DNA from: Candidatus Peribacter riflensis
Lineage (GTDB): Bacteria > Patescibacteriota > Gracilibacteria > Peribacterales > Peribacteraceae
DNA length: 32,000 nucleotides
Reading direction: 5' to 3'
Assembly (NCBI GenBank): GCA_001430755.1
Contig: CP013062.1
Span: 1,216,027 to 1,248,026, forward strand
Positions 15,001 through 23,800 of the stretch are shown one piece after another. The position numbers and the translations under genes are program-made. The notes under the pieces were generated by a model that was given only the letters and a program-made list of their open reading frames with translations, did no database searches and was not told the DNA's origin. Every line of letters begins with the position of its first letter. Positions within the stretch are counted from its first letter, which is position 1.

Positions 15001-16879
15001 CCCGCCGTTATCGCTCAAAGATGGCCAGCCCCACACCCTCTATGCGTATGCCCGCGATGTGGGCGGCGGGATGGGCGGGGGGACGGGAGTTTTGCTGTGG
15101 ATGGGCCCTCCCCCGTATACGACGCCATACAGTATAGTGTGCACGGCCGGAGGCTCTTCCAGTTCTTCAGCAGGCGCCGTCTGCGGCAATAATATCAAAG
15201 AGGCTGGTGAGCAATGCGATGGGATCGTTGCGTGCTTACAACCAAACTGCATTCCAGGGGGCACCTGTCCGCATTTCCAGTGCAATACGTCTACGTGTCT
15301 CTGCTACGTATCCCCGTCTTCTTCTTCAGCCGCATCATCACAGGTGTCCTTGCCGATCAGCGCGCTCTGCGGAAACGGCGTGATCAATCCCCCCGAGGAG
15401 TGCGATGACCAGAATGTGCGTGCCGGCGATGGGTGCAATGCATTCTGCCAGCGCGAGCTTGGGTGGACCTGCGTCGAAATTCCCAGCATGTGTTCAACGC
15501 TCTGCGGAGACGGTATCCGCGCGGGTGTGGAACAGTGTGATGACGGCAATCTGTTCGACGGCGACGGCTGCTCGCGGAACTGCTGGATTGAACGACAGAC
15601 GTCGGCCTCGTCTTCTACGGGTGTGCAGACATCCTCTATGGCACCGGCGCTGCCGCTCTGCGGCAACGGGAGCATAGAAGGGAGCGAAGAATGCGAAGTG
15701 CGCGTGCGATGCGCGGACGGGAGCGCCTGTCAGAGCTGCAGGTGCATCTCGACGCAGCGTTGCGGGGATGGGCGGGTGGAGCAGCCCGAACAGTGCGATG
15801 CCAATTACCCGTGCCCCAATGGCGGCTTCTGCACGATTTCCTGCATATGCACGCAGCCATCCCTCTCCTCCTCATCATCTTCTGCCGGCGAGCCGCCTCT
15901 TGTTGGTTGCGGAAACGGCCAGATGGAAGGAACGGAAGAGTGCGAAGTGCGCGTTTCCTGCAATCAGCCCGGTGCCGTTTGTGTCAACTGTGCCTGTGAG
16001 TACGCCGTCGCCGGTTGCGGAGATGAAATGCTCTCAGATGAGGAGCAGTGCGAGAGGAACATGCCTTGTACGGACGGCGCACTCTGCGAGAATTGTCGCT
16101 GCCTCACCGAAGTTCTGCCGCCTGCAGAAGACAGTGAGCCAGAGACTAGTGTAGTTGCCGGTACAGTCTGCGGTAATTCCCAGCTCGAAGAGGGCGAACA
16201 GTGCGAGACGAATGCGGCGTGCCCGCGTCCCGGAGATCTGTGCATCGGTTGCCAGTGCCATAATCCCCCTGAGGCACGTTGCGGGAATGCGCTGCTGGAA
16301 TTATCGGAACAATGTGACGACGGCAACACCTCATCGGGGGATGGATGCTCCGACTTGTGCCAGCGCGAGAATCTCAATCTCATCGCTTCACAGCCCTTCT
16401 GTAGTAACGGTCTCATCGAGCAGGGTGAGCAGTGTGATGACGGCAATACGTTTGCCGGTGATGGCTGTTCTACCACGTGCTCCTTCGAACTCGTTTCAGC
16501 CCTTCCGGAAGAGGCTTCTCCGCTGCCGACGCTCATCCCGGGTCTGTGGCCGTCCTTCACATCCACGGTCTTCCGCCGGAGCGGGCGCACTGCCAAAGTG
16601 TCTCCCTCCATGCCCACTTTCGGCAGGACTACTTCTGCCATTTCCTCTGCTGCATTCCGCCCTGTCGCTCCGAAGGTGTCTTCCTCTTCCACTGCTGCTG
16701 TTGCGACTTCCCCTGTGTATGCAGGGGTGGCTCCCTGGCAGTATGTCTCCGCTGTTCCCTACGCTCCTCCCTCCGGCCCCGTTGGTTCCACCGGTCCAGC
16801 CTCCGTTGCTCTCATGGCAGCGGGCGCGGCGGCGGGGTTTGCCTGGTCCAGAAGGAGGAAGAAAAGTGACTTGCCCTGA
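12092..16879 (+). CDS. Giant surface protein 3 (1595 aa): N-terminal Cys-repeat array, CxDxD module, four GW-CD-D/NHGF domains, 10-repeat stalk, spacer, TGP-type C-terminal anchor
   Basis: 4.8 kb ORF. ATG at 12092 with GGAG about 13 nt upstream. Signal-like FLPFAFILVAGVAVAYV. The repeat content is listed under the repeat features. Tail GPVGSTGPASVALMAAGAAAGFAWSRRRKKSDLP. Confidence 0.9.
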   Translation: MRQRIAFLPFAFILVAGVAVAYVRDLPLRTLYGDVNGEPALLYCDVNTGDQCDMSHGCPGISGTICRVSGDYCYCTTNHPACDAVHTADECDATHPCYEGTCVEDWNQCRCMATAGCGNGTLDFGEQCDGAAGSCSPGSACNPGSCTCTGTVPSAVCGDGVKEGAEQCDTSDAGCLSGQHCVGCICSSAVCGDANVQDAWGETCDFASVCSSSLCHSCKCSTCGNGVRDQAEECDMNAPTNTCPTGFFCENCRCEYSRPLAEGTCGNAQIDPGEACDPGIVNIVDPCPGEPWCDMETCLCTDQLEMRFCGDGNADPGEQCGEPTLAGNCLNCVQCRCRTGVGTDPQCGNGRIQRGEQCESTIQAIQNIHVCPSQPAQPRSAYCVWGECACRDITIASSSSSVANRDCTDTDALDTFTEGVTEICVVGQAGGWVCVPHGDTCANTQNVTEYFCSMDTLGQQNYFCANGCQAGRCLTAQASSSTSIHYSPFGAITAADASGITGWVCDRDNFMTPLAIRLWIDSVPSAQQSTADRPSTAAAAQCDGYNNHGFYFPATSALCNGVAHTILVTAGGIGSRGELASTIGPRQLLCTAPASSSSSTASLSYSPFGSVDSANESVITGWACDRDNFATALTVYLWVDSVPTPLTWITANTVSPVGSPYCGGYLSHGFSFQTPASLCDGVQHTVAVTAANIGSRGTDVPIGSYALTCGGSSSSHSSSSGVASPPTGWFDYATCERMEGWSCDLDAKTQYVTVDIYANGPKGQGTKVLTTTANTDRAAIVGEICGNGPSNHGFNIPLPASLKDGQPHTLYAYARDIVGGAADVLLFMGTEAPYVTPKTVTCAAPVSSSSSSSSSSQSSTHRDCLGPGGTMISVPIDQPCPPLSSSSSSRSSIPQVVHPPVGQFDTATCQSLDGWACDEDNFLTKLTIDIYMDGPVGVGTKVLTTVADDPSSIGILELCGNQPNHGFTVAPPLSLKDGQPHTLYAYARDVGGGMGGGTGVLLWMGPPPYTTPYSIVCTAGGSSSSSAGAVCGNNIKEAGEQCDGIVACLQPNCIPGGTCPHFQCNTSTCLCYVSPSSSSAASSQVSLPISALCGNGVINPPEECDDQNVRAGDGCNAFCQRELGWTCVEIPSMCSTLCGDGIRAGVEQCDDGNLFDGDGCSRNCWIERQTSASSSTGVQTSSMAPALPLCGNGSIEGSEECEVRVRCADGSACQSCRCISTQRCGDGRVEQPEQCDANYPCPNGGFCTISCICTQPSLSSSSSSAGEPPLVGCGNGQMEGTEECEVRVSCNQPGAVCVNCACEYAVAGCGDEMLSDEEQCERNMPCTDGALCENCRCLTEVLPPAEDSEPETSVVAGTVCGNSQLEEGEQCETNAACPRPGDLCIGCQCHNPPEARCGNALLELSEQCDDGNTSSGDGCSDLCQRENLNLIASQPFCSNGLIEQGEQCDDGNTFAGDGCSTTCSFELVSALPEEASPLPTLIPGLWPSFTSTVFRRSGRTAKVSPSMPTFGRTTSAISSAAFRPVAPKVSSSSTAAVATSPVYAGVAPWQYVSAVPYAPPSGPVGSTGPASVALMAAGAAAGFAWSRRRKKSDLP
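12440..13261 (+). repeat. Seven type-A Cys-rich repeats at the N-terminus of protein 3, preceded by ~2 degenerate units at 12200-12440
   Basis: Examples: CGNGTLDFGEQCDGAAGSCSPGSACNPGSCTC, CGDGVKEGAEQCDTSDAGCLSGQHCVGCIC, CGNGVRDQAEECDMNAPTNTCPTGFFCENCRC, CGDGNADPGEQCGEPTLAGNCLNCVQCRC. Confidence 0.8.
13541..15150 (+). repeat. Four copies (two subtypes) of a ~110-130 aa GW-CD-D ... NHGF domain, separated by poly-Ser linkers
   Basis: R1 YSPFGAITAADASGITGWVCDRDNFMTPLAIRLWIDSV...NNHGFYF...GVAHTILVTA. R2 YSPFGSVDSANESVITGWACDRDNFATALTVYLWVDSV...LSHGFSF...GVQHTVAVTA. R3 GWFDYATCERMEGWSCDLDAKTQYVTVDIYANGP...SNHGFNI...GQPHTLYAYARD. R4 GQFDTATCQSLDGWACDEDNFLTKLTIDIYMDGP...PNHGFTV...GQPHTLYAYARD. Confidence 0.75.
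15182..16489 (+). repeat. Ten-repeat Cys stalk of protein 3, in the order A, B, B, A, A, A, A, A, B, B
   Basis: Includes CGNGVINPPEECDDQNVRAGDGCNAFCQRE, CGDGIRAGVEQCDDGNLFDGDGCSRNCWIE, CGNGSIEGSEECEVRVRCADGSACQSCRC, CGNSQLEEGEQCETNAACPRPGDLCIGCQC, CGNALLELSEQCDDGNTSSGDGCSDLCQRE and CSNGLIEQGEQCDDGNTFAGDGCSTTCSFE. Confidence 0.85.
16775..16879 (+). other. Putative C-terminal sorting/anchor signal of protein 3
   Basis: GPVGSTGPASVALMAAGAAAGFAWSRRRKKSDLP followed by the stop. Confidence 0.6.
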
Positions 16880-17004
16880 GGAGGCAGAGCCGACGAAGGG
16901 TGGCTGCGGGAGCTGCAGCAGGGTTTGCGTTCATACGGAGAAAGATGCGCCCGTAACCTGTCCATTTCTGTACGTGAGCGGGGAATAGTTGTTCTTCCCT
17001 TCCC

Positions 17005-20000
17005 ATGGGGATGAGGTTTAGTATTTCTGCCGTGCGTCCGTTTTCCAGCAGGTTTCCCTTCCGGAACTCCGTTCTCGTTGCGGGTTTTCTGTTGGCGGCC
17101 GTGTTCTCCGTCATCGTGCTTCGTTCGTTCGGTGGTCATTCGACCGCAACGCTCGGCGTGAACGACCGTTGCACGAATTTGAGCGGCAACCCTCCTCCCG
17201 GGGGTGTGCAGCTCTATCATCCCTACCAAATGCCGCATGATGTGACGCTGTACAACACCTGCACGACAGAAGAGAACTGTCCGAGTTGTACCGTGAGTCA
17301 ATGTGCCCGTTGCTACGTCGAAGAGTACGTGTGCGGAGGTATCTCGGCCGGGAGTTACTTCAAGAACACTACCGAGTGCAATCTCTGTGAAAACGGCGTG
17401 TGTACCGAGGCCGCCACGAGCTCGTTCGCTTCTGAGGGCGCCGGCCCGGAGCTTCGCCCGACCATCGAGATCGCCGAGCGCACAGGTGAGGTCTACTGTA
17501 ACGCCCCGTACGGCACGAAGTGCTACGACCTGGTATGGACGATTGCCAACGTGGGGCGCACCGAAGAATACGTATCCAGCTTCAATATCAGCACCTCGCC
17601 CGGTCTCCGCTTTTTTGAGACCGTGACCAACTGCAACAGAATGGGTGATGATAACGTCGAGTGTCCGTTTCCCGGTGGCCAGGGCAAGCACTTTCCGGCT
17701 GGTTACAGCGAAACGTGGCGGTTTCCCATCGTCGCAGATGAACCGCCGGCGACCTGTCCGAATTCTATTGCAACTTATTATGCCGCATCGGCTCTGTACG
17801 CAGGGTTCAATGGCGTGAGCTACCTTCAGATTCCCTGTACAGAGTCCGCTTCGTCCTCTTCATCTGATGGGATTCTTCATGGCTGTGTCGATCCGGATGG
17901 CAGTGATTTTTACAGAAAAGTGCGCACAGAAATATACTTCGATGGCGTGCCTGATCCTATAAAAGGCAGGACGGATTCCTGCAATGGGGACCGGGCGATT
18001 GATTACTACTGCGACTCGCCCATACAAAACATGATGTTCGGTCCGTCCCAACAACAACACCTGTGTCCCTATGGTTGTGTGAATGGCGCATGCCAGTGGG
18101 GACCGAATGTCTGCCAGAATGGCGTGATTCCTGTGCAATCGCGTCCCCAATTCATCACTGCCGTCGGATCAAAAGTCTATGTGCTGAACTTCGTCAGCAG
18201 GAGCATCTCGGTCATCAACACAGCGACCAATACCGTGTCCGCTACGATTCCCATGGGGTCCCGTATCGATGCCATCGCAGCCGTCGGGTCGAAGGTGTTT
18301 GTGGCGAATTCCGGGAACTCAACCGTCTCCGTCATCAATGCCGCCATCGATACCGTCATGACCGCCATTCCTATGAGTCCCTATCCAACCGGTTTCGTTG
18401 TCGTTGGAACGAAGCTGTATGTCTTGCAGGGGGGCGAGCCTGTCATCTCCGTCATCAATACCGTCACGAATACCGTGCAATCCACGATCCAGGTGGGGGA
18501 TTTTACCTATGACCTTGCCGCCGTTGGGACGTACGTGTACGCGGCAAATGAAAATCTCGTCATCTCCGTCATCAATACTGCAACCAATACGGTACAGACT
18601 ACGATCCCCATGAGTGCCCGCCCCAACACGCTCATTGCTGCCGGCTCAAAGCTGTACGTGACGCACTGGGATACCGGCATTGTTTCCGTCATCAACACCG
18701 CGACCAATACAGTCGAGGCCACAATCCCCGTGGGGACAAATCCCCGTTCTCTCGCAGTCGCCGGAACGAAGGTGTATGTGGCAAATGTCAGCAGTAACAA
18801 TGTTTCCGTCATCGATACGAACACCAATACCGTGCTCGCCACCATTCCCGTGGGCATGCGACCCTACGCTCTCGCCGTCTCCGGCACGAAGGTGTATGCC
18901 GTGGGGGGTACTGCGGTCACTGTCATCGATACGAACACCAATACCGTGCTCGCCACCATCGCTGCAGGGGCAAATCTTGAGGCCATCGCTGTCTCCGGCA
19001 CGAAGGTGTATGTGGCGGGCAACCACGTCGATGGAAGAGTGTTCGTCGTCGATACCCTGACCGACACTCTGTCGTGCAGCGCCGCAACGGCGGTTTCCTC
19101 TTCATCTGCCTCTCAGTGTCCCACGCCACCTCCTCCTCCTGCCGGATGCGCACTGATCTGCACGAATGGGAATCCCTGTCCGCTGTGTCATGTGCAGTGT
19201 CCCAGCTCCTCCTCAAGTTCGCGTTCTTCCTCCGCCTCAGCGATTCCGGCCGGTTCTTCTTCCAGCGCCGTCGCCAGCTCAGCAGGTCCTTCCTCTGTGT
19301 CTTCCGCCGCCCAGACCTCCCAATCTTCATCCAGCTCTCAGGCTGTGAGTTCGGTGGGTGCCCTCTGCGGCAATCGTGTCATTGAAACCGGTGAGCAGTG
19401 TGATGACGGAAACGTCGTTCCCGGAGACGGGTGCGGCCAAATCTGCCAGCGCGAGGCAGGATGGGTCTGTTCCGGCGTGCCAAGCGTGTGCACCACCGTC
19501 TGCGGCGACGGCATCCGCGCGGGAGTGGAGCAGTGCGACGATGCCAACCTGAACAACGGTGATGGCTGTTCCAGGACCTGTCAGACCGAACAGGGGGTTT
19601 CTTCTACCGCCTCTTCCCAGCCCATTGCTGTCATCTCTTCGTCGGCGGCCTCGGGCGCTCCTACCTGCGGCAACGGACAGCGCGAGGGGAGTGAGCAGTG
19701 CGAAGCGGATGCGGAATGCACCGCAGGGACCATCTGCCGGAGCTGCCGATGTATCGCACCGACACAGCGGTGTGGCAATGGAACGGTGGAAGCTCCCGAG
19801 CAGTGTGATTCAGGACATCCCTGCCCGGATGGCGGCTTCTGCACGGCCACCTGCTCCTGTGTTCCGCGCTCCTCCACTTCGGCCCGCAGCAGCGCTCCTT
19901 CCCCGTCCTGTGGCAACGGCACGCTCAATGACAGCGAGGAGTGTGAAATCAATGCACCGTGTCCCATCCCCGGTTCCGTCTGTGTGAACTGCGTCTGCCG

Positions 20001-20874
20001 TCCACCGGCGGCATCGTGCGGCAATGGGCTGATCGAAGACCAGGAGGAATGTGAGTTCGGTTATTCCTGCAGCGATCAGGGTATCTGTCAGGATTGCCGG
20101 TGCGGCCCCGGCGCAGAGACAACTGCTCTGTTGCAGGCTTCCTCCAGCGTGACGGCCCCCGCCCCTGCGCCCCTGACGCTTCCGCAAATCTGTGGCAATG
20201 CCCTCCTCGAGGGTTCGGAGCAGTGCGAGACGAATGCAGCGTGCCCGCGTCCCGGGGATCTGTGTGTGGATTGTCAGTGTCATAATCCCCCTCAGGCGCG
20301 CTGCGGGAATACGCAATTGGAATTATCGGAAGAGTGCGACGACGGCAATACACAGGATGGCGACGGCTGCTCCGGCCTGTGTCAGCGCGAGACGATCAAT
20401 CTCATTGCCTCTCAGGCCATCTGCGGCAACGGTCTCATCGAGCGGGATGAGGAGTGTGACGACGGCAACACGGTTTCGGAGGATGGATGTTCCGCTGTCT
20501 GCCAGCGCGAAGTTCTGCCACCACGGTTAGAACTCACACTCCTTCCCGAGCAGCCCGCCTCTTCGTCTGTTGCCTTTCAGCCTGTTTCCAGCGCGCCTGC
20601 AGTGACCGTCCCGGTGCGCACCGGTCCTACCCCCAAGAGGGCAGTGTCTTCCGTTCCAGCCTTCTTTCCCGCTGCACCCGTTCCCTCTGCCCTTGCTCCT
20701 TCTATTCTCGCCACAACCATCGTCCAGCCGCCCTCCTGGCAGGCGTATGCTTCCGTCATTCCCTACGCTCCGCCCACAGGCCCCGTTGGTTCCACCGGTC
20801 CGGCCTCTGTCGCCCTAATGGCCGCAGGTGCTGCGGCAGGTCTGGCGTGGATGCGGAGAAAGCGGAAACCATAG
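17005..20874 (+). CDS. Giant surface protein 4 (1289 aa): N-terminal anchor, DUF11/CARDB-like region, CxDxD module, ~8-blade YVTN-type propeller, 9-repeat Cys stalk, spacer, TGP-type C-terminal anchor
   Basis: 3.9 kb ORF. N-terminal VLVAGFLLAAVFSVIVL. Eight ~40 aa repeats of the form VSVINTATNTV.ATIPVG..P..LAV.GTKVYVAN. Stalk repeats. Tail GPVGSTGPASVALMAAGAAAGLAWMRRKRKP. Confidence 0.9.
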   Translation: MGMRFSISAVRPFSSRFPFRNSVLVAGFLLAAVFSVIVLRSFGGHSTATLGVNDRCTNLSGNPPPGGVQLYHPYQMPHDVTLYNTCTTEENCPSCTVSQCARCYVEEYVCGGISAGSYFKNTTECNLCENGVCTEAATSSFASEGAGPELRPTIEIAERTGEVYCNAPYGTKCYDLVWTIANVGRTEEYVSSFNISTSPGLRFFETVTNCNRMGDDNVECPFPGGQGKHFPAGYSETWRFPIVADEPPATCPNSIATYYAASALYAGFNGVSYLQIPCTESASSSSSDGILHGCVDPDGSDFYRKVRTEIYFDGVPDPIKGRTDSCNGDRAIDYYCDSPIQNMMFGPSQQQHLCPYGCVNGACQWGPNVCQNGVIPVQSRPQFITAVGSKVYVLNFVSRSISVINTATNTVSATIPMGSRIDAIAAVGSKVFVANSGNSTVSVINAAIDTVMTAIPMSPYPTGFVVVGTKLYVLQGGEPVISVINTVTNTVQSTIQVGDFTYDLAAVGTYVYAANENLVISVINTATNTVQTTIPMSARPNTLIAAGSKLYVTHWDTGIVSVINTATNTVEATIPVGTNPRSLAVAGTKVYVANVSSNNVSVIDTNTNTVLATIPVGMRPYALAVSGTKVYAVGGTAVTVIDTNTNTVLATIAAGANLEAIAVSGTKVYVAGNHVDGRVFVVDTLTDTLSCSAATAVSSSSASQCPTPPPPPAGCALICTNGNPCPLCHVQCPSSSSSSRSSSASAIPAGSSSSAVASSAGPSSVSSAAQTSQSSSSSQAVSSVGALCGNRVIETGEQCDDGNVVPGDGCGQICQREAGWVCSGVPSVCTTVCGDGIRAGVEQCDDANLNNGDGCSRTCQTEQGVSSTASSQPIAVISSSAASGAPTCGNGQREGSEQCEADAECTAGTICRSCRCIAPTQRCGNGTVEAPEQCDSGHPCPDGGFCTATCSCVPRSSTSARSSAPSPSCGNGTLNDSEECEINAPCPIPGSVCVNCVCRPPAASCGNGLIEDQEECEFGYSCSDQGICQDCRCGPGAETTALLQASSSVTAPAPAPLTLPQICGNALLEGSEQCETNAACPRPGDLCVDCQCHNPPQARCGNTQLELSEECDDGNTQDGDGCSGLCQRETINLIASQAICGNGLIERDEECDDGNTVSEDGCSAVCQREVLPPRLELTLLPEQPASSSVAFQPVSSAPAVTVPVRTGPTPKRAVSSVPAFFPAAPVPSALAPSILATTIVQPPSWQAYASVIPYAPPTGPVGSTGPASVALMAAGAAAGLAWMRRKRKP
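18148..19077 (+). repeat. About eight ~40 aa (~117-120 bp) YVTN-family beta-propeller repeats
   Basis: A recurring core tccgtcatcaa(t/c)ac.gc.accaatac.gt encodes SVINTATNTV at about 18216, 18329, 18449, 18566, 18686, 18806 and 18917. The last two units share an identical ~36 nt stretch, gtcatcgatacgaacaccaataccgtgctcgccaccat. Confidence 0.8.
19366..20511 (+). repeat. Nine-repeat Cys stalk of protein 4, in the order B, B, A, A, A, A, A, B, B
   Basis: The first units are CGNRVIETGEQCDDGNVVPGDGCGQICQRE, CGDGIRAGVEQCDDANLNNGDGCSRTCQTE and CGNGQREGSEQCEADAECTAGTICRSCRC. Later units are CGNALLEGSEQCETNAACPRPGDLCVDCQC, CGNTQLELSEECDDGNTQDGDGCSGLCQRE and CGNGLIERDEECDDGNTVSEDGCSAVCQRE. Confidence 0.85.
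20383..20742 (+). repeat. Copy 1 of a 360 bp block identical to 24940-25299, covering the last type-B repeat and the spacer of proteins 4 and 5
   Basis: The offset is 4557 bp. The flanking mismatches are 20382 t versus 24939 c and 20743 g versus 25300 c. Off-frame ORFs 20487.. and 25044.. begin with the same ~84 aa. Confidence 0.85.
20779..20874 (+). other. Putative C-terminal sorting/anchor signal of protein 4
   Basis: GPVGSTGPASVALMAAGAAAGLAWMRRKRKP followed by the stop. Confidence 0.6.
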
Positions 20875-20892
20875 CATCATCTTTTTCAATGC

Positions 20893-23800
20893 GTGCAACA
20901 AATGGCAAACAGCTCCTTTGAACAGAAAGTGATACGCTCAGCGGGAAATATGCCCGATTTCTTACGGTCCGGAGCGGCGGCGTCTTCTCTGCACAGGCGC
21001 AGAGGCTTTGTGGTGCTGGGGATCGCCGGGGTGGCCGTGCTGGGGTGGATATCTCTGCAGAGTCGGCAATCCATGCACATGTTCACCGCACAGGTGATGG
21101 GCGATACACCCTACTGCGGCAACAATATCCGCGAGACGGGGGAACAGTGCGACAGCGGGTATGCATGGGGCAGAATTGAGGGCTGTGGTATCAATCAGGT
21201 ATGTCAGCGTTGTCAGTGCGTCACGCTCACGTCTGCGAATCAACACTGCATAGGCACGGCATGCTATGCAGGAGTAAATAATTGTCCTTCAGGGACACCG
21301 GCATGCGATGTGACCTGTGCCTGTTCCGCGATCTGGTGGCCACACTGCGGCGATGCACGGTGCATGTCTTTCGAGCAGGGGGCAGGTGGGCGGATCATCC
21401 ATCCTTCGGCAACCGGGCCGATCCAAAACAGAGTGGAGGGCTTCGGCATGGATATCGTTCCCATGGGCGATCTGGATGCGGACCAGATCCCGGACGTCGT
21501 TGTTCTGGCTACCGGGAACGGCACCCCGTTCGTCAGCGGCACGATCCATGTGATCTATATGAATCGCAACGGCACCGCCAAGCGTATTGATCCGCTGCCT
21601 TATGTGCCGGAGCGTCAGGGTCTTGCCCCACTCAAGCTGGCCTACGCAATGGAATCAGTCGGGGATATCGACAGCAACGGCGTTCCCGATCTTGCCCTGT
21701 ATGCGTGGACCGGCACGTATACGGAAGGGGACTATGGCAATGACGAAGAGATACGTATCCTTCGGCTGCAGCGGACGGCGGAAGGGGTTTCCGTTCTTGC
21801 CGACAGGGCAAATCCGGAGCCGCAAGAACAGGCGCGCCAGGGATACGGATACGATCTGGCCTACCTGGGCAATGGCAGACTGGCTGCATATCTGGGGCGA
21901 GGTGACTCCTTCGACGAGGCGGTTGGCATTTTCCAGATTTCATCGAATGGAAACATTGCGCAGATCGGCACCGTTCAAGGAGTCTCCGGTGGGAATGTGC
22001 TTGGTGCGCCCGGCGATCTCAATGGAGACGGCGCAAATGATCTCCTGTGGAATCGGACGGTGGCTTTTCTCTCGCAGGACGGGACATCGGTCTTGTCGCA
22101 GCAGACAATCGCCTTCGGGAGCCCGTACTTCAATGATGGATTTATTCATTCGAATCCCTGGGGGGACACGGATGGGAACGGAGTCCCGGATCTGCTCCTC
22201 GGTATGGTGAGTCAGCAGGGCAAGTACGAGAATATCGGTATCGTGGGAAAGGTATTGCTCGAGCGTACTTCGGGCAATCCGCCCCTCCGGGTGAAATCCT
22301 CTCAGATCATGTATTCCCCCGAACAACCTGCGCGTTTCGGCGGAGCTTTTGGAAGGGCCGCGGCGAACGTGGGCGATATCGACGGTGACGGACAGCCGGA
22401 TATCATGATCGGCTCGCCCGAAACATTCTTCTGCGTCGATGGCACGCAAGTGCATGGATGCTCCGGCACGCATCCCGGTGCTGTTTGGGTGTACCTCTCC
22501 GGCGCCGGTGTTCCGATCTGCACTGCAGACTGCGGCTCCGCACCAATTTCTCCATCTTCGTCTTCTGCTCCGATTCCCCCATCTTCGTCTTCTGTTCCGA
22601 TTCCCCCATCTTCGTCTTCTGTTCCGATCATTCCGAGCTCCTCTTCGCAGGCGGCTGTCTGTGGGGACGGGCGCTTCGCAGCGACCAAGCAGTGCGAGCC
22701 ATCAGGCATGCTGCAGACTTTGCCTACGAACGGTATCCCCGATGCGGTCCGGGCGGGCGACTTCAACGCAGACGGCAACGCGGATCTGGTCACGCTGAAT
22801 CTAAGCCCCAATCGAACCGGCAGCATCAATGTCTTTCTCGGCGCGGGGGACGGCAGTTTCAGCCCCGGAGCGAATTATCAAGTTGGCAATGTGCAATCCG
22901 TCTTCCAGGCCGCCGATGCGCAGGGCGACGGCAAGTTAGACCTTTTGCTGGGGGCAACACACATCATGAGAGGCAATGGAGATGGCACGTTCCAGCCTGT
23001 ATCATCCCTGCTGCCGCAAGGCGCTGATGTCGCTGTAGGCGATTTTAACGAAGACGGCCGTCCCGATATCTTCACCACCACCGTATCCTCGCCCAACTCT
23101 CCGCATGTGGAGCAGCTCTTCGCAGGTCAGGCCGGGGGAGGCTTCGCCGCCGGCGTCACCGTCGCGGAGTTTCCGCACCCTTGGAGCAATATCGTCACGG
23201 CAGACTTTGACGCGGATGGCCACCTCGATGTCGCGTACCTGCCGACCGGTAATTCCAATGACCCACCGGGGCTCACCGCCAATTTCACGGTGCAGATACT
23301 CTACGGCAACGGGAACGGCGCCTTCATCTCGGTACCATTGACGCTCAGCAGTTGGACGAGCGGCGCCACCGGTCTGTGGATGGCGGATATCAACGGGGAT
23401 GGACGCAGCGATCTTTACATGGATGGCAACGGCAACGTGGGGCCATTTTGGCTCAACAACGGCAACCGCACGTTTGAAGCAAAGAACAATTATATGGGGA
23501 ATCTGAATGACCCCGCTGCGCTCATCGATGTCGATGGCGACGGCAAGGCCGATGTCATCACCGGCGGCCGTACCGCCTCGCCCACCATTGAGATCCACAA
23601 AGGCAATGGCGATGGCTCCTTTGTCCAATCACCCCTGTATTCCTTTGGAGTCACGTACCCGCTCTGGCACTCAGAAGGGAATATCGCCCAGGCGGACTTC
23701 GATCATGACGGTAGGCTGGACTTCGCCATCGCCCGGACAAGCATCGCCGATGCGGGGGCGAACTTCATCATCGTGCAGATCAGCCCCTGCGCTCCCGGAC

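Noticed and set aside
16880-17004. A short GC hairpin (GCTGC gggagct GCAGC) after gene 3, and a GCGC-type inverted repeat at about 2019-2038, considered as intrinsic terminators.
   Set aside because: The stems are only ~5 bp and no U-tract follows. They are indistinguishable from chance in GC-rich sequence.
16759-17691. A 310 aa minus-strand ORF that spans the intergenic gap between genes 3 and 4.
   Set aside because: It overlaps the ends of two well-supported + strand genes. Its composition is Arg/Gly/His/Thr-rich with no motifs. It is most simply a GC-driven open frame.
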